Below the pieces are notes generated by a model. The model was given only the letters and a program-made list of their open reading frames with translations. It was not told the origin of the DNA and ran no database searches. A program made the position numbers and the translations under genes. Of a DNA stretch of 26,937 bases, positions 15,574-24,611 are shown piece by piece. Source of the stretch: an uncultured Actinomycetota bacterium (GTDB lineage: Bacteria; Actinomycetota; Humimicrobiia; Humimicrobiales; Humimicrobiaceae); the NCBI GenBank assembly GCA_964398155.1, contig CAYNMO010000004.1:1-26937 (forward strand), given 5' to 3'. Position 1 is the first letter of the stretch. The number at the start of each line of letters is the position of its first letter.

Positions 15574-16848
15574 ATGGACTCAGAAGCAAAAGATAAAAAT
15601 TTAACTAATTTAAATAGTGCCAAAACAAACATCGGCATATATGAAGAAGGAATGAAATACCTTATGAATACATATACCAGGCAGCCGGTTGTATTTGAAA
15701 AGGCGAAAATGCAGTATTTGTGGGATGTCGAGGGAAACAAATATACCGATTTTACATCGGGATATGGATGCTTGAATGTTGGACATACAAATAATGAAAT
15801 AGTTGCTGCAATAAAAAAACAGGTTTCAAAAATAATACAGCCTTCAAATATTTATTTTAGCCAGCCACAGGTAATGCTGGCAAAAAAGCTGTCTGAACTC
15901 ACAGGTTTTGGAGGCAAGGTTTTTTTTGCAAACAGTGGTGCTGAAGCGATAGAAGGAGCAATAAAACTTGCACGAAAGTATTCAACAGACAAATATGGCA
16001 AACATAGATATGAGATCATTTCATTTCAGAACTCTTTTCACGGAAGGACTTTTGGCGCGCTTTCAGCTACTGCGCAGACACAAAAACAAGTATTGTTCGA
16101 GCCACTTCTGCAGGGATTCAGATATGCCTTGTTTAATGACTTGAATTCTGTTGCAGATTGCATAAATTCAGATACTTGCGCTGTATTAATCGAACTTATA
16201 CAGGGCGAAGGCGGTATAAATGTTTGCGACAGGGATTTCATAAAAAGTCTTGGGAAAATCTGTAAAGAAAAGGACATACTTCTTGTTATAGATGAAATAC
16301 AGACAGGATTTGGAAGAACAGGCAAATTATTTGCCTATGAAAATTATGATGTTGTCCCTGATATTCTTGTGCTTGCAAAAAGCCTGGGAGGCGGTATGCC
16401 GATAGGTGCCATAATTGCAGCTGATGAGATAAACAAAGCATTTGCACCCGGGACGCATGGCTCAACATTTGGCGGAAACGCTGCATCCTGTGCAGCAGGA
16501 GTAGCAGTTCTAAATTATTTTGAAAAATATGAACTTGTCAGAAAATCTCAGGCAACAGGCCGATATTTATTATCAAAGTTAAATAAACTTAAAGAAAAAT
16601 ATCCAGATGTGATAAAAGCAGTAAGAGGCATGGGGTTAATGCTTGCCATAGAATTTACATCACCAATTGCAGGGGAGTTAATAAGCTCGGGGCTAAAGGA
16701 AAAACTTGTTTTAAACAAGGTATCTGATTCTACTATAAGGTTTCTGCCGCCTCTTGTAATAAATAAAAACGATATAAATAATTTAATAGCATTTTTGGAG
16801 AAAAAATTAAAAGAAAGTGATGACAGTGGAAAAGATAAAAAGAACTAA
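15574..16848 (+). CDS. argD: Acetylornithine aminotransferase (class III PLP-dependent)
   Basis: MNTY, FANSGAEAIEGAIKLAR, SFHGRT, IQGEGG, DEIQTGFGRTG, LAKSLGGG, HGSTFGGN. Confidence 0.96.
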   Translation: MDSEAKDKNLTNLNSAKTNIGIYEEGMKYLMNTYTRQPVVFEKAKMQYLWDVEGNKYTDFTSGYGCLNVGHTNNEIVAAIKKQVSKIIQPSNIYFSQPQVMLAKKLSELTGFGGKVFFANSGAEAIEGAIKLARKYSTDKYGKHRYEIISFQNSFHGRTFGALSATAQTQKQVLFEPLLQGFRYALFNDLNSVADCINSDTCAVLIELIQGEGGINVCDRDFIKSLGKICKEKDILLVIDEIQTGFGRTGKLFAYENYDVVPDILVLAKSLGGGMPIGAIIAADEINKAFAPGTHGSTFGGNAASCAAGVAVLNYFEKYELVRKSQATGRYLLSKLNKLKEKYPDVIKAVRGMGLMLAIEFTSPIAGELISSGLKEKLVLNKVSDSTIRFLPPLVINKNDINNLIAFLEKKLKESDDSGKDKKN

Positions 16849-17758
16849 AAAAGATTTTCTGACATTGCTGGACTATTCAAAAGATGAAATTAATTATCTT
16901 TTGTGGCTTGCCGGTGAGGTAAAACAAAATAATGCCGGATATTGTGAAGTTTTAAAAAATAAAAATATTGCACTGCTTTTTGACAAACCTTCTACAAGGA
17001 CAAGACTCTCTTTCGAAGTCGGAATAAACCAGCTTGGAGGTAATTGTCTCGTTCTTGATTCTAAGACCATGCAGCTGGGAAGGGGAGAAACTTACGCAGA
17101 CACGGCAAAAATATTTAATGGCTATCTGGATGGTGTTGTTATAAGAACATTCAGGCAGACAGATATAGAGACTGTTGCATCTAATTGCGATATTCCGGTT
17201 ATAAATGCCCTTACTGACAGTTACCACCCATGCCAGATTCTATCAGATCTTTTTACTCTCCACGAAAGAGATCTGCTCTCAAAAAAAGATTTAAAATTTG
17301 TTTATCTGGGCGATTCTAACAATGTTTTAAACAGTCTTCTAGTAGGGTTTACGAAACTGGGGATAAACATTACTGTTGGATGCCCTAAAGAGTATGAACC
17401 GGATAAAAAATTAATGGAAATGCTCGGAGAGATATCTGTAAAAAGTAAAAACAGGATAATTATTGAAAATAACGCGATGGAGGCAGTTAAAGATGCTGAT
17501 GTTGTATATACGGATGTCTGGCTAAGCATGGGCGATGAAGAAAGCACGCAAAAGATATCAGATCTCAAACCTTTCCAGGTAAACAAAAAACTGTTATCTG
17601 CTGCAAAGAGCGATGTTTTGATTATGCACTGTCTACCTGCACACAGGGAGATGGAGATTACATCTGAAATGCTTGACAGTAAAAATTCAATAGTATGGGC
17701 TCAGGCAGAAAACAGGCTTTATGCACAAAAAGCACTTTTAGTACTGCTTTATTCTTAA
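16817..17758 (+). CDS. argF: Ornithine carbamoyltransferase
   Basis: PSTRT, PVINAL, HPCQ, YTDVW.SMG, MHCLPAHR, QAENR. Canonical STRT motif rather than the acetyl/succinyl-OTC variants. Overlaps argD by 32 nt; the start may be GTG 16817 or ATG 16820. Confidence 0.97.
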   Translation: MMTVEKIKRTKKDFLTLLDYSKDEINYLLWLAGEVKQNNAGYCEVLKNKNIALLFDKPSTRTRLSFEVGINQLGGNCLVLDSKTMQLGRGETYADTAKIFNGYLDGVVIRTFRQTDIETVASNCDIPVINALTDSYHPCQILSDLFTLHERDLLSKKDLKFVYLGDSNNVLNSLLVGFTKLGINITVGCPKEYEPDKKLMEMLGEISVKSKNRIIIENNAMEAVKDADVVYTDVWLSMGDEESTQKISDLKPFQVNKKLLSAAKSDVLIMHCLPAHREMEITSEMLDSKNSIVWAQAENRLYAQKALLVLLYS

Positions 17759-17907
17759 GCAATATAATTATTTTTTTGTTAAATAATTAGTAACAGGTGA
17801 ACAATTAGCTAAAAGGATCTGATCAGGAAAATGTTAAGATTAATTTAAACAAATAATTTGCAAAGAACTGAGTTATTCATCAATAACCAATTAATTTTAA
17901 AAAATAA

Positions 17908-18366
17908 ATGGGCAATTCAAAGAGACTAAAAGAAATTGTAAATATATTAAACACCAAAAAGATTGCTTCTCAGGAGATGCTTCTGCGAGAAGTTCAGCTA
18001 AAAGGTTTTAATGTTACTCAGTCAACTATTTCGAGAGATCTTAAAGATCTAAGGCTTATTAAAAGAAGAAATCTTGATGGCGATGAATATTTTGTAATTG
18101 ATAATAATGTTTTTATGGATAAAAAACCTTTAAGTTTTGAAAAACTTGTTGCAAAATTAAAGGAAAGTGTCATTTCTTTGAGAAATGCCGGTAATATCAT
18201 TGTAATAAAAACACATCCGGGGGAAGCACAGGGAGTTGCAGCCTCTATTGACAGTATGAATTATTATGAAATTCTTGGAACTGTTGCCGGGGATGACAGC
18301 ATAATATGTATTATTTATACCATTGAAAATACGGTCAAAATTATGGATATATTGCAAAACTTTTAG
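17908..18366 (+). CDS. argR: Arginine repressor
   Basis: SQE, TQSTISRDL winged-helix motif; KTHPGEAQGVA; LGTVAGDDSI arginine-binding domain. Confidence 0.96.
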   Translation: MGNSKRLKEIVNILNTKKIASQEMLLREVQLKGFNVTQSTISRDLKDLRLIKRRNLDGDEYFVIDNNVFMDKKPLSFEKLVAKLKESVISLRNAGNIIVIKTHPGEAQGVAASIDSMNYYEILGTVAGDDSIICIIYTIENTVKIMDILQNF

Positions 18367-18484
18367 CTTTATTTTAGCAGATAATTTACAAAGACAGAGT
18401 TAACAACAGGGAGATAATTAATAATTTTTATAAAAAGAATATATTAGTGTGGCTTAATAATTTATTGAATGGAGAGGAATTTAA

Positions 18485-19681
18485 ATGACTGAAAAATTAA
18501 TTTTAGCCTATTCGGGCGGACTTGATACAACTGTAGCAATAAAGTGGCTTAAGGATAATTATGACGTTGAAGTTATTGCCGTTTTAATTAATCTGGGTCA
18601 GCCGGACAATTTAAAGGATGCTTACGACAGAGCAATTGATACCGGCGCTTCAAAAGCATTTATCATAGATGCCAGGGAAGAGTTTGTGAAAGATTACATA
18701 TACCCGTCTTTAATGGCAAACGCAAGATATGAGAAAAAATATGTGCTTGCCACTGCTATCGCCAGGCCGCTTATAGCAAAAATACTTGTAGATTTTGCAA
18801 ATCAGGAAAATGCGACAATGATAGCTCATGGCTGTACAGCTAAAGGCAATGACCAGGTTAGATTTGATGTGGGAATAAGAAGTCTGAATCCGGATATAAA
18901 AATAATTGCTCCAATGAGAGTGTGGAAATTATCAAGGGAAGAAGAAATAGAGTATGCCAAAAAGAATAATATAAAAATAAATGTCACTAAAAAAAGTATT
19001 TACAGTATTGATGAAAATCTGTGGGGAAGAAGTATTGAATGCGGCAACTTAGAGGATCCATGGAGCGAGCCACTGGAAGAAATATATAAATGGTCAAAAA
19101 TAAATAAAGATGAAAAGGACAGCGAGTATATTGAAATAGATTTTGAAAAAGGTGTCCCTGTTTCATTAAACGGCAGCAAACTAAGCCCCGTTGATCTTAT
19201 AGCTGAGCTTAACAGTATAGCAGGGCCCTATGGTATTGGCAGGATGGACATGGTTGAAAACAGGCTTATCGGGATTAAATCAAGAGAAATATATGAAGCA
19301 CCGGCTGCAGAAATACTTCTGGAATCCCATAAACAGCTGGAGAGCCTGATACTAGACAGAGAACTTACGCACTATAAGTATATGATTGAGGATAAAATTT
19401 CCGAAATGATTTATTACGGACTATGGTTTACGCCTTTAATGAACTGTCTGATGAAATTCGTAACCGAAAGTCAGGAATATATATCTGGTACTGTCAGAAT
19501 AAAACTTGCATATAAAAGCTTTATAGTTGCAGGAAGAAAATCGCAATATTCCATGTATGATTATAACCTTGCAACTTATGATAAAAACGATATGTTTGAT
19601 CCCAAATTTTCAGAAAGTTTCATAAGAATATGGGGATATCCTTATGAAATAATGGCTCGAAAAGGCAGAAAAAATGGATAA
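18485..19681 (+). CDS. argG: Argininosuccinate synthase
   Basis: LAYSGGLDT, ATAIARPLIA, HGCT.KGNDQVRF, YSIDENLWGRSIE, DMVENRLIGIKSREIYEAP. Confidence 0.99.
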   Translation: MTEKLILAYSGGLDTTVAIKWLKDNYDVEVIAVLINLGQPDNLKDAYDRAIDTGASKAFIIDAREEFVKDYIYPSLMANARYEKKYVLATAIARPLIAKILVDFANQENATMIAHGCTAKGNDQVRFDVGIRSLNPDIKIIAPMRVWKLSREEEIEYAKKNNIKINVTKKSIYSIDENLWGRSIECGNLEDPWSEPLEEIYKWSKINKDEKDSEYIEIDFEKGVPVSLNGSKLSPVDLIAELNSIAGPYGIGRMDMVENRLIGIKSREIYEAPAAEILLESHKQLESLILDRELTHYKYMIEDKISEMIYYGLWFTPLMNCLMKFVTESQEYISGTVRIKLAYKSFIVAGRKSQYSMYDYNLATYDKNDMFDPKFSESFIRIWGYPYEIMARKGRKNG

Positions 19682-21128
19682 ATTATGGTCAGGCAGGATA
19701 AACAGCAGCACAAACAAAATTGCTGATGATTTTACATTTTCGCTCGAGGTAGATATTGAGCTGTACAGTCAGGATATAACAGGTAATATTGCTTATGCTG
19801 CCGGACTGTACAAAACAGGAATAATTTTAAAAGATGAATTAATCAAAATGATTGACGGTCTTTTAAAAATTAAAAGCAAAATAGAGGGGAAAAGTTTTAG
19901 CAATAGTGATTACGAAGATATTCACAGCCTGATAGAATATGAGCTTAAAAAAGAGATAGGTGAGTGTGCAGGTAAAATTCATACCGGCAGAAGCCGAAAT
20001 GACCAGGTTGTGCTTGATGAAAAATTATTTTTGAAAGATGCTGTAATTTCTATAATTGATTCTATGGCTGAGCTTGAATCAGAAATAATAAAATCTGCTG
20101 AGAAAAATATTGATATTATTTTTCCTGCATATACTCACATGCAAAAAGCACAGCCTGTCCTTTTTTCTCACTATCTGCTGTCTTTTTTTGAAAAGTTTTA
20201 CCGTGATATATGTAAACTTATACAAAATTTTGAAGACTGTGATTTTCTTCCACTGGGTTCAGGGGCCTGTACCGGGAGCGGATATGCAATTGATCGAAAA
20301 TATCTTAGCAATTTGCTAAAATTTAAAGATCAGGGCAGAAACAGCATGGATGAGGTATCAAGCAGAGATTATTTCCAGGATTTTATTTATAGTCTTTCAT
20401 GTATAATGCTCCACCTGAGCAGGTTTTGTGAAGACCTTATAATATACAATACCAATGAATTTTCTTTTATTGAGCTGTCGGATGAATTCTGTACCGGAAG
20501 CAGCATAATGCCACAAAAGAAAAATCCGGATATTCTGGAGCTTATTCGAGGTAAAAGCGCTATCGTAATAGGAAATCTGATTCAGTTTGAAGTTCTTCAA
20601 AAATCTCTGCCTTCCTCTTATAACAGAGACCTGCAGGAAGACAAAGGTATAGTTTTTAAAGCTTTCAAAGAAACCATTTCATCAGTAAATATTTTTAATG
20701 AAATTATAAAAAATATTAAAATAAACACCTCCAATATAAACAAAAACATGAAAGACGGATTTCTTGAAGCAACGGATGCCGCAGACTATCTTGTAAAAAA
20801 GGGAGAAACTTTTAGAAATGCCCATAATATAACAGGTAAAATAGTAAGGTACTGTATTGAAAAAAAGATTGGCATTAATGATTTGGGCCTGGAGTTTCTT
20901 AAAAGCCAGTCTGTATTTTTTGAAAGTGATTTTTTTGAAAACATGGATTTGGAAGCCTGCATAAATGCAAAAAAAACAGATTGCGGAACAAACAAAAAAA
21001 ATGTAAAGGAGAGCATTGAATCTGCTCTATGTAAAATAAAAAAAATCAAAGTAAAAATAACTGAGTTAAAATCAAGAGTGCCTGATATTAATAAACTCAT
21101 AAAGGAAGTCCAAAATGAACTGGATTGA
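19674..21128 (+). CDS. argH: Argininosuccinate lyase
   Basis: KLWSGR, EDIH, KIHTGRSRNDQ, YTHMQKAQP, GSSIMPQKKNPD, YNRDLQEDK. Overlaps argG by 8 nt. Confidence 0.99.
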   Translation: MDKLWSGRINSSTNKIADDFTFSLEVDIELYSQDITGNIAYAAGLYKTGIILKDELIKMIDGLLKIKSKIEGKSFSNSDYEDIHSLIEYELKKEIGECAGKIHTGRSRNDQVVLDEKLFLKDAVISIIDSMAELESEIIKSAEKNIDIIFPAYTHMQKAQPVLFSHYLLSFFEKFYRDICKLIQNFEDCDFLPLGSGACTGSGYAIDRKYLSNLLKFKDQGRNSMDEVSSRDYFQDFIYSLSCIMLHLSRFCEDLIIYNTNEFSFIELSDEFCTGSSIMPQKKNPDILELIRGKSAIVIGNLIQFEVLQKSLPSSYNRDLQEDKGIVFKAFKETISSVNIFNEIIKNIKINTSNINKNMKDGFLEATDAADYLVKKGETFRNAHNITGKIVRYCIEKKIGINDLGLEFLKSQSVFFESDFFENMDLEACINAKKTDCGTNKKNVKESIESALCKIKKIKVKITELKSRVPDINKLIKEVQNELD

Positions 21129-22020
21129 AATTTTTAATAAAGGCATGGAATATGGCCTGAAATATGAAATAAGAAAAAATACGGCGCATATTAATATTGC
21201 TGAGCAGTATAATCTTTTCTATCCCGATTGTGCAGTTGTTTCAGGTGATAACCTCAAAGAGATAAAGGATCTTTATGTATGCATAGATGCCGATACAGCA
21301 GAAGTGCTTCTGGTTAATGAATTAATAAAGAGCGGCCTTAATATAGACGGAATACTTTCACATCATCCTGTAGGAAAAGGATGCTATCTTCTTTCCGGAG
21401 TAATTGAAATTCAAAGAGACAACTGGGTGAAATTTGGTGTAAGTAAAGCTGTTTCAGACAAACTGCTAAGGAAAATGATTTTTGAAGAAACAATTGAAGC
21501 TAAAGGGAATCAGCTTGAGGCAGAAAACGCCTGCAGAAAGTTAAATATTCCGCTAATGTGTATCCATACGCCTGTTGATAATATTATACAAAACTTTTTT
21601 GAAAGCCTCTTTGACGGTAAAAATAATTTATCTCTTGATGATGCACTTGAAATTGTAAAAAATATACCGGAATGCGCTCAGGCTTCTCTTAATGGGGACA
21701 GCCCTTTTATTGTTAATAATGACAACAAAAATAATAAAGTTATAGGAAAAATCATGGTAGATATGACTGGAGGGGTGGATCCTCCGGATGAAATTTTCCC
21801 ATATCTTAAAAAAGCCGGAGTTGATACATTAATAGGCATGCATTATAACTTTGATAATATAAAAGCCATGATGAAAAGCAATATATCAGCTTTGGTTTGC
21901 GGACATATGGCCAGTGACTCTATTGGCCTTAATATATTTTGTGACAGCCTTGAGGAAAGCGGCGTCAGTATAATATCAGGCTCGGGATTTTACAGGAATA
22001 AAAGAAATGGACAGACTTGA
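21115..22020 (+). CDS. NIF3/DUF34-like dinuclear metal-binding protein (divergent ~300-aa subfamily)
   Basis: SHHP, CIHTPVDN, DMTGG, IGMH, GHMASDSIGLN metal-ligand motifs. Overlaps argH by 14 nt. Confidence 0.8.
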   Translation: MNWIEIFNKGMEYGLKYEIRKNTAHINIAEQYNLFYPDCAVVSGDNLKEIKDLYVCIDADTAEVLLVNELIKSGLNIDGILSHHPVGKGCYLLSGVIEIQRDNWVKFGVSKAVSDKLLRKMIFEETIEAKGNQLEAENACRKLNIPLMCIHTPVDNIIQNFFESLFDGKNNLSLDDALEIVKNIPECAQASLNGDSPFIVNNDNKNNKVIGKIMVDMTGGVDPPDEIFPYLKKAGVDTLIGMHYNFDNIKAMMKSNISALVCGHMASDSIGLNIFCDSLEESGVSIISGSGFYRNKRNGQT

Positions 22021-24577
22021 GCTTGTTTCACCTGCTGGCAGCCCTGATCAGCTAAAAGCTGCCGTAAACGCAGGTGCGGATGCAGTTTATCTTGCCTATG
22101 AAAAGTATGGAGCCAGGGCATCTGCAGAAAATTTTGATTTGGACGGACTTGTAAATGCAGTTAAATTTGCCCATTTAAGAGGCGTAAAAGTATTTCTGGC
22201 TTTAAATACTCTTATAAAAGAAAAAGAACTCAATGAACTGATTGATTTTATTTTTCATTTATTAAAAAAAGCAAGTTTTAACGGTATTATAATTCAGGAT
22301 CTTGCAGTAAAAAAAATAATAAAAGAAATATTCCCTGAAATTCCTGTTCACGCAAGCACCCAGTTAAATATTCATAATACCTGCAGTATGGAATATTTAA
22401 AAAAATCAGGTTTTAAGAGAGTTGTTCTTGCAAGAGAAATGACACTTGAGGAAATTAGTGAAATATCTTCTAAAAACATTCTTGATATTGAGATATTCGG
22501 GCATGGATCACAATGTTATTCTTATTCTGGTCAGTGTTATTTAAGTTCATTTGTCGGTGAGAGAAGCGGTAACAGAGGAAGATGCCCCCAGCCATGCAGA
22601 ATGAAATACAGTCTTGTTTATAATAAAGACAAAGGCGATCAGCTAAAAAATCAGGTTCATAAATTTAAGGGCGGCGGGAAAACAGCAGAAGATTATTATT
22701 TCTTAAGCAAAAGCGATCTGATTACCATATTTCATCTTCCGGAAATAATTAATGCCGGTGTAAATGCTTTAAAACTGGAAGGAAGAATAAAAACTCCTGA
22801 GTATGTTGCCATAGTGACAAAAATATACATAAAATATATAGATTTATACTACAGCAATCCTCTTGATGAATACAAGGTTGATGAAAACGATATATACAAG
22901 CTAAAACAAATTTTTGCACGAGAAATAAATGAAGGATACTTAAAAGAAAAATTTCCCGAAAAAATAGTATCTTTAAAAAAATCAGGCAGCGTGGGAAGCA
23001 GTTTTGGGAGGATACTCAGAATAGAATCTGAAAAATCTTCAGAAAAAAATCTTATAAATATTTATATCTGGTCATCTCTAAAGTTAAATAAAAAAGATAT
23101 TCTTGAAATATGGACAAAAAAAGGAAACAGCAGGATAGAAGCTGATATTTTTGAATTAATTGATGAAAAGGCTGATAAAAAACTTTACAGAATTCAGTCA
23201 AACAGCAATTTGTCATTAAATTTAAACGACAGAGTTTTTAAATACTTTGATTATGAGCTTGATAGAGAAGCTAAATCGATATATTTATCAGCTGCATCCT
23301 TAAATTCAGGGGACATATTTTTTGAGCATCCTGATTCTGGGCCGGCGAAAGAAGACAAATCAGTATATTTGCGCAGAGAAAATAATGTCTCTGACAGTGA
23401 AAACATAAGAACAGGTTATGAAACAGAAAATTATTATAAATTAAAAGCACTGTTAAAAAAACCAGACAAAGTAAAAAATATTTCAGATAATTCATCAGGT
23501 GCCAAGCCCAAAATATTAACTCCAAATTATAATTCAGTCCAGGGTAAATCTTCTGTAACTATGTTTATTCACGACAAAAATATTAATTCTGAAATTTACT
23601 TAAAAAATTTAAAAAATATTATTCTTGCCAATCAGGAAAAGCATGGAGAAGATTTCGTAAATATTAATTTGTGCTATGAAGGCTGCGCCAGTCTTTTTAA
23701 AAAGAGTGATGAAAATGAAATAAATAAAATTATAAATATTTTTAAAAATTTTGAGAACTCTTCTGCTAATTTTTATCTGATATTACCAAGCATTGCATAT
23801 GACAAACAAATAAGCATAATGGAAAAAGTTATCTTAAAACTATTAAATTCAGGTATTAATAGTTTTTATGTTTCCAATTTAGGGGTCCTCCAATTATTAA
23901 ACAAATTATCCCTCTGTGCTGATTTTTCAATAAACATTATTCTTGGCTATGGCCTTAATTTATTTAATAGTTTTGCCATTAGCTCCATCAGGGAGAACAC
24001 TGACAGTAAAATAATCATAAAAGAGATAGTTTTATCCGCTGAATTAACATTGCAGGAATCCTGCGAAATAATTGCTGATCTTAATAAAAATGAAGAATTT
24101 CAATATGCATCGGTGAAAACCTGTTTTTCTGTTTTTGCCTATGGTTTTTATCCTGTTATGACTTCAAGAGTAAATTATAATGATATAAACCAAAGCACCA
24201 ATATAGACATAAATAATTACAGCCTGACAGACAGAAAAAATTATGAATTTCACATCAGTCAGGACTACCTGTCAAATACACAAATTTTTAACTCCAAAAA
24301 ACATTGCCTTCTGTTTGATATAAAGGAAATAATTTCAAACAGCATAAACGGGTTTTTAATAGACAGCGCATTTTTGGAGGAAGAAGAAATTTATAATGTC
24401 TTTAAATTGTTTATCGAAGGTCTGCTTATTGCAAAAGTACCTGATAAACTCGGATATGATGGATTAAAACCAAAAAAGTTTTCTGTGCAAAAATATGAAG
24501 CTTTTCTTTTGAAATTAGCCAAATCACCTTATCTGACAGATTATACAAAGGGTCATTTTAACAGAGAAGTAATGTAG
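22007..24577 (+). CDS. Long U32-family protein (RlhA/TrhP-like Fe-S hydroxylation family) with a degenerate C-terminal U32-like repeat
   Basis: ELVSPAGS, GADAVY, HASTQ, RVVLARE, CX6CX15CX3C (CYSYSGQC...RGRCPQPC), LKLEGR. The C-terminal part has SNLG, GLNLFNS, LSAEL and YG.YPVMTSR. Overlaps the upstream gene by 14 nt. Confidence 0.9.
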   Translation: MDRLELVSPAGSPDQLKAAVNAGADAVYLAYEKYGARASAENFDLDGLVNAVKFAHLRGVKVFLALNTLIKEKELNELIDFIFHLLKKASFNGIIIQDLAVKKIIKEIFPEIPVHASTQLNIHNTCSMEYLKKSGFKRVVLAREMTLEEISEISSKNILDIEIFGHGSQCYSYSGQCYLSSFVGERSGNRGRCPQPCRMKYSLVYNKDKGDQLKNQVHKFKGGGKTAEDYYFLSKSDLITIFHLPEIINAGVNALKLEGRIKTPEYVAIVTKIYIKYIDLYYSNPLDEYKVDENDIYKLKQIFAREINEGYLKEKFPEKIVSLKKSGSVGSSFGRILRIESEKSSEKNLINIYIWSSLKLNKKDILEIWTKKGNSRIEADIFELIDEKADKKLYRIQSNSNLSLNLNDRVFKYFDYELDREAKSIYLSAASLNSGDIFFEHPDSGPAKEDKSVYLRRENNVSDSENIRTGYETENYYKLKALLKKPDKVKNISDNSSGAKPKILTPNYNSVQGKSSVTMFIHDKNINSEIYLKNLKNIILANQEKHGEDFVNINLCYEGCASLFKKSDENEINKIINIFKNFENSSANFYLILPSIAYDKQISIMEKVILKLLNSGINSFYVSNLGVLQLLNKLSLCADFSINIILGYGLNLFNSFAISSIRENTDSKIIIKEIVLSAELTLQESCEIIADLNKNEEFQYASVKTCFSVFAYGFYPVMTSRVNYNDINQSTNIDINNYSLTDRKNYEFHISQDYLSNTQIFNSKKHCLLFDIKEIISNSINGFLIDSAFLEEEEIYNVFKLFIEGLLIAKVPDKLGYDGLKPKKFSVQKYEAFLLKLAKSPYLTDYTKGHFNREVM

Positions 24578-24611
24578 CCTTATTAGAATAAGAATAAAAT
24601 ATCGGTGTAGT

